Below, one piece after another: positions 1-9,150 of a stretch of 64,000 bases of DNA. This DNA is from Gemmatimonadota bacterium. GTDB lineage: Bacteria; Gemmatimonadota; Gemmatimonadetes; Palauibacterales; Palauibacteraceae. Within the stretch, counting starts at the first letter, position 1, and every line of letters begins with the position of its first letter. The DNA lies in contig JBDHAC010000006.1 of NCBI GenBank assembly GCA_039588275.1, positions 1 through 64,000 on the forward strand, written 5' to 3'. The notes beneath the pieces were generated by a model. It was not told the origin of the DNA, made no database searches, and saw nothing but the letters and a program-made list of their open reading frames with translations. A program made the position numbers and the translations under genes.

Positions 1-1160
1 GACTCGATCGAGCACGGGGCGGTGAGGAGCTGCCCCGAGTAGTAGGTGGTGACGAGCCCGAAGCTGGCGTACGCGCCCCCGTCCAGGATCGTGTGCGCGT
101 CGAGCGCCTTGAGCGTCCCGTCCTCCGAGGCGCCCAGCTTGTAGCGCATCGTCATCGGGTGGCGCCCGCGGTGCGAGTAGAACACCTCTTCGCGCGTGTA
201 CAGGATCTTGACGGGGCGTCCGGTCCTTAGGGCGAGGAGCGCGACGCAGAACTCGAGATCGAAGGGCTCCGACTTCCCGCCGAACGCACCGCCCACGGCC
301 GGCTGGATCACGCGCACTTTGGCCACGTCCAGCTCCAGAACGCGGGCGATCTCGCGCTGCAGGTAGTGCGGGACCTGGGTCGACGACCACACCTCGAGGG
401 CCCCGTTCTCGTTCCGGCGCGCGATCGCGCAGTGGGGCTCGATCGGGGTGTGCGTGGTGCCGTGGAAGAAGTACGCGCCCTCGACCGTGACGTCGGACTC
501 GGCCATCAGCCGGTCTACCTCGCCAAACTCGAGGTGGACGTGCTTGAGGACGTTGCCGTTCCGGGCTTCGATCGGGAGGTCGGCGTCGGTACCTTCGCTC
601 TCCGGCGCTCCGGGCTTCGCCTGCTTGGCTTTCTTGGACTTCTTCGGCTCGTGGATGAGCTGGGCCGCGGCTTCGTCGGTGAGGGCCTCTTCGGGGCTGA
701 AGTAGGCAGGGAGCTCCTCGTACTCGACCTCGATCAGCTCCAGGGCCTGGTTCGCGGTGTCCTCGTCTGTGGCCGCGACGGCCGCGACGGCGTCGCCGAT
801 GAAGCGCACCTTGTCGAGGCAGAGCGCGTGCTCGTCGCGCGTCCACGGGATGATCCCGTAGGGGATCGGCATGTCGCGGCCGGTGATGACCGCGTGCACG
901 CCCTCGAGCGCTTCGGCCTTCGACGTATCGATCGAGACGACGTTCGCGTGCGGGACCGTGCTCCGGAGGATCTTCGCGTGCAGCATCCCCGGGAGGACGA
1001 TGTCGTCGGTGTAGATCTCCTTCCCGGTCGACTTCGCCAGTCCCTCGACGCGCCTCGCACGCCGGCCCAGAGCGGTGAACTCGGCCTCGGCGAGGTCGGT
1101 CAGCGCCTCGGGGTCCTCGGCGGCTTCGGCTTGCTTGGGGGAGAGCTCTTCGGGCTTCAT
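1..1160 (-). CDS. Xanthine dehydrogenase-family molybdopterin-binding large subunit (5' part; runs off the window start)
   Basis: Manual translation from ATG at 1160: MKPEELS...KSTGKEIYTDDIVLPGMLHAKILRS...TPIEPH...WSSTQVPH...VGGAFGGKSEP...HRGRHP...DGGAY, which are typical XdhA/CoxL/HcrA motifs. Absent from the ORF track because it is open at the edge. Confidence 0.93.
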   Translation of the reverse strand, partial: MKPEELSPKQAEAAEDPEALTDLAEAEFTALGRRARRVEGLAKSTGKEIYTDDIVLPGMLHAKILRSTVPHANVVSIDTSKAEALEGVHAVITGRDMPIPYGIIPWTRDEHALCLDKVRFIGDAVAAVAATDEDTANQALELIEVEYEELPAYFSPEEALTDEAAAQLIHEPKKSKKAKQAKPGAPESEGTDADLPIEARNGNVLKHVHLEFGEVDRLMAESDVTVEGAYFFHGTTHTPIEPHCAIARRNENGALEVWSSTQVPHYLQREIARVLELDVAKVRVIQPAVGGAFGGKSEPFDLEFCVALLALRTGRPVKILYTREEVFYSHRGRHPMTMRYKLGASEDGTLKALDAHTILDGGAYASFGLVTTYYSGQLLTAPCSIE

Positions 1161-1540
1161 GGGTCGTAATGTAGGGCGCTCGCGAAGTAGCGCGCACGGC
1201 CGGGCCTGACGGCCCGGCACGCGTCACGGCTCCTTGCTCCCACCCGATAGGTGGATCCTTGACTAGATGCCACCAAGGGGGGCGAATCTTACATCGTGGA
1301 GGCGCCCACCTTCGGCTGAGGCGGCCTTTCCGCGCGGCCTACTCCTTCTACAAGCCCAGCGCGCCCGCGACATTTGCCACCAACTTTGAACCGTCGACCA
1401 GAACCACGAGCACGGGCCCCTCCACAAAGAGCGAGCGCGATTGCGCATCCGGGCCCACGCCACTGCCGCCCGAGGAGCCCCCATGGGTGGGTGCGCAATG
1501 GGCCCTTGTGTCGCGGGCGATGAGAGCCTAATTCTATTAT

Positions 1541-1560
1541 TGTTATAGTTATATAGAACA
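1541..1560. promoter_or_regulatory. Probable GntR (YtrA-like) operator in an AT-rich promoter
   Basis: Imperfect palindrome TGTTATAGTTATATAGAACA in an AT-rich patch ~23 bp upstream of the GntR ATG. Confidence 0.6.
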
Positions 1561-1583
1561 TATAGCGGAGAGTGTTTGGCTCT

Positions 1584-2573
1584 ATGCGTACGCGGCTCGA
1601 CCCGGAGAGCGCCGTCCCGCTGTACCACCAGGTGGTGCGCGCGGTCGAGTATCGTATCGCGACCGGCGACCTCCGAGCCGGAGACCGGCTGCCGTCGCTA
1701 CGGGAGGCCGCCGAGGACTGGGGGATCAACCTGCACACGGTCCGGAAGGCATACATCAATCTGGCCACACGGGGCGCGGTGGAGACGCGACCCGGCGCAG
1801 GCACGGTGATCCTCGGATGTGCGCCCGCGCCGGAACCCAGGGAGTCGGCGGCAGACACCCCTCGAAGTTGGACCCCGGACGGCTCCATCGACGACTACGT
1901 GTCCCTCATGGTGCAGGAAGCGGCCGAACGCTGGGGAGTAACACCCTTCGAGCTCGGGCGGCTCGTGAGGGCGCGGGGCGGCCGCGACCCCGTGTGGGTC
2001 GTGGAATGCAGCGAGATCCAGGCACGCGACCTCGCCGAGCAGGTACGGAGGCGAACTGGCGCCGACGCGAGGGCCTGGAGTCTCGAGCGCCCGGGTAGTC
2101 TCCCGGCGGGCCGCGTCGTCGCCACTCACTTCCATTACGGTGATTTCCGCCGCCGCTGGCCCGATCGGCTCCCGGAGGTACAGTTCGTCGCGATCCGCCC
2201 CGATCCCTCGATCCGCGATCGCGTTCGGGACCGGCTGGTGTCGACCGCGGAGCGGGGGCCGGCCCTCGTGTGCGAGCGCGAGCCCGCCATGGCCGCAAAC
2301 GTCGCGGCCGACCTCGCCCCGCTTCTCGAGGCGGTGGCCCCGGTGGAGACCCTCGTGTGCCGCGAGCCGTCGGCATTCTTCACCGCCCCTCCCGTCGACG
2401 CCCCGCGCCTCTTCTCGCCGCGTGTCTGGGCCGAGCTCAGCGATTCCGCGCGCCAGGACCCGCAGTCGATCGAGATCCGGTACGTGATTGACGAGACCGA
2501 TCTCGAAGAGCTGGCCGAGACGCTGCTGGGCACCATGGAGAGCGGGGTGGATGTCGCGGGGATGACCCCTTGA
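1584..2573 (+). CDS. GntR-family transcriptional regulator with long C-terminal domain
   Basis: PLYHQVV...GDLRAGDRLPSLREAAEDWGINLHTVRKAY...VETRPGAGT winged HTH. Confidence 0.92.
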   Translation: MRTRLDPESAVPLYHQVVRAVEYRIATGDLRAGDRLPSLREAAEDWGINLHTVRKAYINLATRGAVETRPGAGTVILGCAPAPEPRESAADTPRSWTPDGSIDDYVSLMVQEAAERWGVTPFELGRLVRARGGRDPVWVVECSEIQARDLAEQVRRRTGADARAWSLERPGSLPAGRVVATHFHYGDFRRRWPDRLPEVQFVAIRPDPSIRDRVRDRLVSTAERGPALVCEREPAMAANVAADLAPLLEAVAPVETLVCREPSAFFTAPPVDAPRLFSPRVWAELSDSARQDPQSIEIRYVIDETDLEELAETLLGTMESGVDVAGMTP

Positions 2574-2623
2574 CCGGAGCGGAAGCTCCCGGCCAAGCGA
2601 TGAGGCAATGAACGGAGGCAGCA

Positions 2624-4072
2624 ATGAACCACATATACCACTCCTTGGGGCTCAGTGCTGGCATTCTGGCAGTTGGAATGACGGCGTGTGGCGAGCCAGG
2701 GGCTGTGGATCCGGGGCCGTTGGGTGGGGAACCGAGTACGTCGACGACGGCGTTCGTCAACGTGAACGTGATTCCCATGACCGGGGACGTGCTGCTCCCG
2801 GAGCAGACGGTCGTGGTCGCAAATGGAAGCATCGTCGAGGTCGGTCTCTCCAGTAGTACGACGGTGCCCGCGGACGCCGAGGTCATCGACGGCGCAGGCG
2901 CCTACCTGCTTCCCGGCCTGGCGGACATGCACGTGCATCTGCGGGACAACTGGCCCGTGTCGCAACTGGATCTGTTCCTAGCGAGCGGTGTGACCACGGT
3001 CAGGTCGTTGGATGGAGCTGGGGCGTTCGTCCTCTCATGGCGAGACGAAATCAATGCTGGGACGCGACGTGGCCCGACCATTGTCACGTCCGGCCCGGTC
3101 CTCGATGGGCGGCTCGTCGATCCCGAACTCGCGGTCCAGCAACAGGTCGCCCAGGGCTACGACTTCCTCAAGCTGTACTCCTACCTCACGCTCCAAGGAT
3201 TCCGCGACGTCCTGAGCGCCGCTCGGCAACTTGGCGCCTACACGGTGGGACACATCCCGTATGCCGTCGGTTTGAACAACGCCGTGGTGCAAGGCATGAA
3301 CGAGATCGCCCATGTCGAAGAACTGACCTGGGAGTTCGTCGAGTTCGACAGGAACGTCGGGCTCGACGCTTCGGAGTGGCTGCCGTATTTGATCGGTCTG
3401 ATCTTCCAGCAATTCGACGTGCCGGGGGGCTTCAATGACGCCGAGTTCCTCGCAACTTTCGGTGACTCGGTGGCAGTCATCACCGCCAGACTGTCAAGTG
3501 CGCGCATGCCGGTCGCGACGACACTCTCCGTCGACAGCGTGATCGTCCAGAAGCTCTTCGCCCCCGATGCGTTCCTCGCACGCCATGAGAGTCAGTACCT
3601 GCCGGAGGCGTACCGCACCAGTTTCCTCCAGGGGACGGAGAAGCACCAGGTACAGTTCGCCGGCATCGAAGTGCTGGCCACGTACAAGTACGCCTTCGAC
3701 AGATTGCTCGTGCGTGAGCTCCACGCGGCTGGCGTGGCTCTTGTTGTGGGAACGGATTGCGGCACGGGCGGCATGGGGATCGTGCCAGGGTTCTCCATCC
3801 ACGATGAGCTGCAAATCCTCACGGCTAACGGCTTTACCCAGTATGAGGCCATCGCAGCCGCGACCGTGGAGGCATCTCGGGTCATGGAGTCCATCACGGG
3901 GGAGGACGCCTTCGGCACCATCGAAGTCGGTAAGCGGGCGGATCTCCTGTTGCTGAGCCAGAATCCGTTGCAGGATATCGCCACCCTCAGGCAACCACGT
4001 GGAGTCATGGCAAGAGGCGTCTGGTACTCGAGCGGGCACCTGCAAGGGATGCTTGCCCTTACCGGGCACTAG
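2624..4072 (+). CDS. Amidohydrolase-family protein, probable lipoprotein
   Basis: LLPGLADMHVH, GTDCG and GTIEVGKRADLLLL motifs; lipobox-like MTAC. Confidence 0.9.
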   Translation: MNHIYHSLGLSAGILAVGMTACGEPGAVDPGPLGGEPSTSTTAFVNVNVIPMTGDVLLPEQTVVVANGSIVEVGLSSSTTVPADAEVIDGAGAYLLPGLADMHVHLRDNWPVSQLDLFLASGVTTVRSLDGAGAFVLSWRDEINAGTRRGPTIVTSGPVLDGRLVDPELAVQQQVAQGYDFLKLYSYLTLQGFRDVLSAARQLGAYTVGHIPYAVGLNNAVVQGMNEIAHVEELTWEFVEFDRNVGLDASEWLPYLIGLIFQQFDVPGGFNDAEFLATFGDSVAVITARLSSARMPVATTLSVDSVIVQKLFAPDAFLARHESQYLPEAYRTSFLQGTEKHQVQFAGIEVLATYKYAFDRLLVRELHAAGVALVVGTDCGTGGMGIVPGFSIHDELQILTANGFTQYEAIAAATVEASRVMESITGEDAFGTIEVGKRADLLLLSQNPLQDIATLRQPRGVMARGVWYSSGHLQGMLALTGH

Positions 4073-4297
4073 GATCCGCCTGGCGTGGCTGCATCGCTTC
4101 CTCACCGAAAAGTACCACACGCCCCCTCCCGTGAGCTCCGGCGGTATTTACCTCGGATCCTCTCCTGGGCGTTGCTGACACATCGGTGTGGTGGGCCGCG
4201 TCGCAGACGCACGTCGGTGATACCGGTGCACGCGTTGGCGAGCAGGAGCGCGAGAGCCACGCCTGGCTTGAAGTTCAGAGTTCTCCTCGCAGCGGCT

Positions 4298-4828
4298 CTA
4301 GCCGGGCGTCACGATCCGGAACGTGTTGGAGACACGTAGGGCGAGCGGCAGCGTGTCACCGATCGAGAACAGGCTTCCGTCGTTGTTCCAACGAATGGCG
4401 TCCCACACGAGGCGGTAGGTACCGTCCAGCGGCGCCGTCTCGAACTTCGGGTGCACCGCACCGAGCCCGTGGAAGACGGGCAGCGTATCCCGGTAGGTCG
4501 CCAGGTACGGAATCGGAATCGGCACGCTCACGCAATCGGGCGTGGCCATGCCCCACGCGAAGGCCCATGTGTCACCCACTCGCTTCTCGAGGTGGGGCGG
4601 CGCGATCCGGTTGCAGTTGAGGACGTGGATTCTGCGCCCCGTGCGGTTGGTGTACGTGAAGGAGATCGAGGTCTCGAGGCCGCCCGACGTGGCCGTCAGT
4701 GTGTATTGCGCCCGATCGGTGCGGAAATCGGCCTCGCGATCGCCCCCCAGCCCAAGGAAGCCGCCCTGGCACCCGGCCGCTCCGAGTCCCAGGCCGAGAC
4801 ATGTGATCAGACGTCGTTTCGCGATCAT
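4298..4828 (-). CDS. Hypothetical lipoprotein
   Basis: MIAKRR...LGAAGC lipobox, GGGAG RBS, beta-rich body. Confidence 0.7.
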   Translation of the reverse strand: MIAKRRLITCLGLGLGAAGCQGGFLGLGGDREADFRTDRAQYTLTATSGGLETSISFTYTNRTGRRIHVLNCNRIAPPHLEKRVGDTWAFAWGMATPDCVSVPIPIPYLATYRDTLPVFHGLGAVHPKFETAPLDGTYRLVWDAIRWNNDGSLFSIGDTLPLALRVSNTFRIVTPG

Positions 4829-4984
4829 GGCGTACTCCCAGGGAGCCTCCACCTCCTATCTGCCCTCGCTCCTCACGCCCGTCTCCCCCTCCCAGAGAAC
4901 GCGCGATTACCCCACACGTGTGACAGGTGCAGCGCCGACGGACGAAGATCGATCGGGCTGGCGAGGCGATGTCGTTTTGGCCGT

Positions 4985-5015
4985 ATGATAACAGCATGAT
5001 ATATTGTGTTATCAT
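4985..5015. promoter_or_regulatory. Antitoxin autoregulatory operator (inverted repeat)
   Basis: Perfect ATGATAACA-N13-TGTTATCAT overlapping the antitoxin start codon. Confidence 0.7.
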
Positions 5016-5244
5016 GGTGCGGACGCAGATCTCCCTGGAGCGCGACATGTACGAGGAGGCCAAGAAGGAGGCCCGGAAGCAAGGCATCTCGTTCGCCGAA
5101 CTGGTCCGTCGAGCGCTGGCCCGCACCCTACCGCAGCCGGACATCGAGCAGCCCTGGATGCGCTTCGCCGGCATCATCGAGGACGCCGGCCCCGACGCGA
5201 GCCTCACCGTGGACAGCGTGGTGTACGGGCGCGAGCGCCCGTGA
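5014..5244 (+). CDS. Ribbon-helix-helix (CopG-like) antitoxin, VapB type
   Basis: MVRTQISL...EARKQGISFAELVRRAL; overlaps the toxin start (GTGA). Confidence 0.88.
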   Translation: MVRTQISLERDMYEEAKKEARKQGISFAELVRRALARTLPQPDIEQPWMRFAGIIEDAGPDASLTVDSVVYGRERP

Positions 5245-5657
5245 AGCCCGCGGCGTTCATCGATTCAGGCGCTTTCATAGCATTCCTCGTCCGTTCCGAT
5301 ACGCTGCACGAGGACGCGGTGGGGCTATTCTCGAGGCCGCCCCGGCGCCTGAAGACCTCCGTGCTGGTGGTGTCTGAGACCTACGGGTGGCTTCTGCACC
5401 GTCTGGGCGAGGGCGCTGGGCGAGCGTTTCGCTCGCTGCTCGAGAGCTTCCCGTCGCTGGAGGTGTTGGATGCCGATTCGGCCCATCTAGAGGCTGCGTG
5501 GAAGAAGATGGACGAGCTGCGTGGCCTCAGGCTCAACTTCGTCGACGCCTCGAGCCTCGTCTGGCTACAGACGTTGGGGATTCGCAATGTGTGGGGTACC
5601 GATCACCACCTCGCGGTAGAGGGGGCCCGCGTCATCCCCGGCGCACCTCCTCGGTAG
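5241..5657 (+). CDS. vapC: PIN-domain VapC toxin
   Basis: FIDSGAFIA, VVSET, NFVDASS and WGTDHH PIN acidic motifs. Confidence 0.9.
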   Translation: MKPAAFIDSGAFIAFLVRSDTLHEDAVGLFSRPPRRLKTSVLVVSETYGWLLHRLGEGAGRAFRSLLESFPSLEVLDADSAHLEAAWKKMDELRGLRLNFVDASSLVWLQTLGIRNVWGTDHHLAVEGARVIPGAPPR

Positions 5658-6903
5658 AGCGCGAGGTCACACCAGGCCCTGACGCGCTCGTACCTGAGTC
5701 CTCGCCACCCACCATCCCGTCCACGACGGTGGCGGCGGCCACATCGGCGATGACGTTCGTACCCGTGCGGAACATGTCCGGGATCCGATCCACGCCCAGC
5801 AGGATCCCGAGTCCCGCCAGCGGTACGCCCACGGCGTCGAGCGCCGGGACGAGGGTCATCACGCTGGCGCTCGGCACGGGCGCGACGGTCAGCGAGACGA
5901 GGAAGGTGGCCAGGACGGCGCCGGCCACGGCCGAGGCGGGAATCGGCACGCCGTACAGCGAGGCCAGGAACACGACGGCGGCGCCCTGAAACAGCGCGCT
6001 TCCACACCGGTTCAACGAGGCGGCCAATGGCAAAACCAGCCGCGCCACGTGGGGCGAGAGCTTCAGGTTCCTGTCGGCCTCCTCGAGCATCATCGGGAGG
6101 GTCGCGACCGAGCTCGTGGTGCTGAACCCGAGGGTGTAGGTCCCCAGCGTTCCCCGGATGAAATCGCCGATCCTGACGTTCCCGAAGTAGCGGAGCGCCG
6201 GCAGCAGGATCACGCCCATGAACAGGAACGTGCCGACCACGACGGCGAGGATGAAGATTCCCAGGTTCTGAAGCATGGCGAGGCCGGTGCGGGCCGCCAC
6301 CGGCGCCGCCAGCCCGAACACGCCGACCGGCGCCGTCCACAGGATCCAGTGCACGAGCTTGATGAGCGCGTCGCTGAGCGCCTCCCCCAGCGACACCAGT
6401 CCCTCGCGCCGTTCCTCGGAAAGCGTCCCGGCTGCCGCGGCGAACAGCACGGTGAACACGATCATCGGGAGGAGCGCCCCGTCCGCCGCCGCTTCGAACG
6501 GGTTTCGTGGGACCAGGCTGACCAGGAAGTCGACGATCCCCGGCAGCTCGGGAGCTGCCTCCCCTGCGGCCGCGGGGGGCGTCACCGCCGGCGCGAACGC
6601 GACCCCGATTCGCATGAGCCCCATCCCGATCAGGATGGCGGGAATGGTCGTGAGCCAGAAGAACCCGAGCGACAGACCGCCCAGCCGGCCCAGCTTCCTC
6701 ACGTCACCCAGCCGGGCCACACCCACGAACACGGTCACGGTCACCAGCGGGATCACCACCATCTGGAGGGCCCGCATGAACAGGGTGCCCAGGGGTGCGA
6801 CGCCCTCCGCGAGCGCCGTGAGCGCGGGCGATCCGGTCGCGGAGGCGATCATGCCGAGGGCGAGGCCCGCGACGAGACCGATGAGGATGGCGACGTGGCT
6901 CAT
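5632..6903 (-). CDS. Dicarboxylate/amino acid:cation symporter (DAACS, GltP-like)
   Basis: FSTTSSVATLP, LAASLN and GVDRIPDMFRTGTNV motifs; multiple TM segments. Confidence 0.93.
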   Translation of the reverse strand: MSHVAILIGLVAGLALGMIASATGSPALTALAEGVAPLGTLFMRALQMVVIPLVTVTVFVGVARLGDVRKLGRLGGLSLGFFWLTTIPAILIGMGLMRIGVAFAPAVTPPAAAGEAAPELPGIVDFLVSLVPRNPFEAAADGALLPMIVFTVLFAAAAGTLSEERREGLVSLGEALSDALIKLVHWILWTAPVGVFGLAAPVAARTGLAMLQNLGIFILAVVVGTFLFMGVILLPALRYFGNVRIGDFIRGTLGTYTLGFSTTSSVATLPMMLEEADRNLKLSPHVARLVLPLAASLNRCGSALFQGAAVVFLASLYGVPIPASAVAGAVLATFLVSLTVAPVPSASVMTLVPALDAVGVPLAGLGILLGVDRIPDMFRTGTNVIADVAAATVVDGMVGGEDSGTSASGPGVTSRSTEEVRRG

Positions 6904-6935
6904 CCGCTCAACCTATCGCGCATGCGGGCCCGCAC

Positions 6936-7775
6936 TCATTCCGACGGGTTGGTGCCAGAGGTCGTCGCCGAGGTTTGATAGACGGTGGGATCCTCGATCC
7001 CGGCCTCCTCGAACCCGCGCCGTCGCAGGATGCACGCATCGCACCGTCCGCACGCCTCGCCGGCCTTGGACAGGTCGTAGCAGCTGGTGGTCAGCCCGTA
7101 GTCCACGCCGAGCTCCACGCCGCGCCGGATGATCTCCGCCTTGCTCATGTCGATCAGCGGCGCGCGGATCCGGATCCGGCCCGCTCCCTCCACTCCCGCC
7201 CTGGTCGCCAGCGCAGCCATCGACTCGAACGCTTCGATGAACTCGGGTCGGCAGTCCGGATACCCCGAGTAATCGAGCGCGTTGACGCCGATGAAGATGT
7301 CCTCCGCACCCAGGACTTCGGCCCACGCCAGGGCTAGCGACAGGAGCACGGTGTTGCGGGCCGGCACGTACGTGACGGGAATCTCGGGGCGGGGCGCGTC
7401 GCCATCTCCGGACTCGCCCTCTCTCCTGACCTGGGCGATCGGCTCGCGATCCTTGGGGATGGGGATGTCGTCGGTGAGCGCGGATCCGCCGAAACCGCCC
7501 AGATCCACGCCGACCTCGCGGTGCTCCGAGACCGCCAGAGCCATCGCGACCCCGCGGGCTGCCTCGAGCTCGACCGCGTGTCGCTGTCCATAGCGCACGG
7601 TGATCGCGTACGTCTCGAAGCCCTCGGCGCGAGCGATCGCCAACGCCGTGGTCGAATCCAGACCTCCGCTCAGCAGCACGACCGCGCGGCGCGATTCCCG
7701 CCGAGCATCGCCCGCCGCCGCGCCGGCGGGCGGCCGCTCTCGCCCCAGCGGCATAGATTCGTCAGAGTCCTTCAT
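6936..7775 (-). CDS. queC: 7-cyano-7-deazaguanine synthase
   Basis: [31 protein letters not shown]...CGRCDAC. Confidence 0.96.
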   Translation of the reverse strand: MKDSDESMPLGRERPPAGAAAGDARRESRRAVVLLSGGLDSTTALAIARAEGFETYAITVRYGQRHAVELEAARGVAMALAVSEHREVGVDLGGFGGSALTDDIPIPKDREPIAQVRREGESGDGDAPRPEIPVTYVPARNTVLLSLALAWAEVLGAEDIFIGVNALDYSGYPDCRPEFIEAFESMAALATRAGVEGAGRIRIRAPLIDMSKAEIIRRGVELGVDYGLTTSCYDLSKAGEACGRCDACILRRRGFEEAGIEDPTVYQTSATTSGTNPSE

Positions 7776-7810
7776 GGCGTGAATCTAACCCGTACGGAGT
7801 GGAGCCATCG

Positions 7811-8206
7811 ATGCCGGAGCTTCCCCCCGAGGGGCCACTCCCTCGACCCAAGGACCCTAACGAGGGGCGAGAGACGCTCAAGAGCGAGGCGATTCCCGCA
7901 CCTCAGGTGCAGGTGATCACGCTCCGAGCGCTCGAGTTCACCTCGCTGTGTCCGAAGAGCGGCCAGCCGGATTTCGGACAGGTGATGATCGAGTACGCGC
8001 CACGCGAGCTTTGCATCGAATCGAAGGCGCTCAAGTTCTACCTGTGGTCGTTCCGGAACGTGGGCGCGTTCTGCGAGGATCTGGCCGCGCGGATCGCGGA
8101 CGACGTCGTGTACGCGATCGACCCGGCGTGGGTGGAGGTCAACGTCCACCAGAACGTGCGCGGCGGGATCGAGATCCTCGCGCGCGCCGAGCGGGGAGAG
8201 CGCTAA
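7811..8206 (+). CDS. queF: preQ0 reductase (type I)
   Basis: EFTSLCPKSGQPDF, ESKALKFYLWSFRN, VRGGI. Confidence 0.93.
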   Translation: MPELPPEGPLPRPKDPNEGRETLKSEAIPAPQVQVITLRALEFTSLCPKSGQPDFGQVMIEYAPRELCIESKALKFYLWSFRNVGAFCEDLAARIADDVVYAIDPAWVEVNVHQNVRGGIEILARAERGER

Positions 8207-8340
8207 AGCGCCTCGCGGACCGCCTCCGCCACGACGGCGTAGCCAGCGGCGTTCAGGTGCTCGTCGAGGATGAACACCTCGTCCGGGCCGATTCGCCCCG
8301 TTACATCCAGCAACCGGGCCCGGATCGGCGTTCCGAGCAT
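8203..8340 (-). pseudogene. C-terminal remnant of an SGNH/GDSL hydrolase
   Basis: 45-aa frame ending VFILDEHLNAAGYAVVAEAVREAL*, resembling SGNH block V; no GDS block upstream. Confidence 0.45.
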
Positions 8341-8688
8341 GGCGCGGCCCGGGATCGCGCTTCAGCCTGCGGGCACCGCCGCCAGCAAGCCCTCGACCAG
8401 CTCCTCCAGCCGGCCGTAGGCGTCCAGGATCTCGCCCGGTACGACGCGCACGGGAGGCGGGCACCAGGTCCGAATGCCAATTACGATGAGACTATCGTGC
8501 TCAAATGCGGCGTCAACGTGGGAAAAAACACGCCGAATCGCACTGTCTCATCTCCTGAATGCGATCTGCGCAACGCGCCCGATGGTGCACGTATTCCTCT
8601 TGAGAGGCTATCGTCCGGCAACGAAGTTCGGGACGGCCCGGCGGCGGTCGCCGGTAGCGACCGGAGGTGAGGCTTGCGGCGGACGGAC

Positions 8689-9132
8689 GTGACCACGACA
8701 GCTCGCTTCAAATCGACGAGGTTCCGGCCGCGCCGGCCCGAGAGCGAACAGGTCAACCCCGGCGTCTACGGCGAAGAGCTCGCCCGCTGGCTCGCCGCGC
8801 GTCTCGCCAGGAGCGAGGGCGCCGAACCCCGCGTCGATTACGAGGACTGGGCGTGGCTGGTAGAGTTGAGCCTCGGCAACGGGCACGCCTGGATCTTCTG
8901 TGCGAACGAGTACGGCTCAGATGACGTGTGGATGATCGATGTCCGCCCGCGCCCTCGCTTCCTGGGGTGGTTCCGACGATCCTCCGTCACGCCCGACGAC
9001 ATCTTCGGTCTGTGCAAGAAGCTGCACGTGATCCTGTCGTCGGAAGCGACCATCAGGGACCTCGAGTGGGTCCGCATGGGGGTGCGCGGCGAGGAGTCCG
9101 AACCGTCACCCCGGCCGCATCGAGGCGGCTAG
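8689..9132 (+). CDS. Hypothetical protein
   Basis: Coherent coding frame (FKSTRF...VNPGVYGEELARWL...EDWAW); start uncertain (8674 or 8689). Confidence 0.7.
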   Translation: MTTTARFKSTRFRPRRPESEQVNPGVYGEELARWLAARLARSEGAEPRVDYEDWAWLVELSLGNGHAWIFCANEYGSDDVWMIDVRPRPRFLGWFRRSSVTPDDIFGLCKKLHVILSSEATIRDLEWVRMGVRGEESEPSPRPHRGG

Positions 9133-9150
9133 CCCGGACTGTCTGGCGGT

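Noticed and set aside
366..1169. Long antisense ORFs (e.g. 366-1169, 18490-20694, 49623-50981, 52495-53853)
   Set aside because: Shadow frames of real genes in high-GC DNA
1200..1530. Small gene divergent from GntR
   Set aside because: No convincing start, RBS or recognisable protein in any frame
6936..7775. QueC as anti-phage (QatC/CBASS-type) component
   Set aside because: Canonical length and motifs, next to queF, no defence partners
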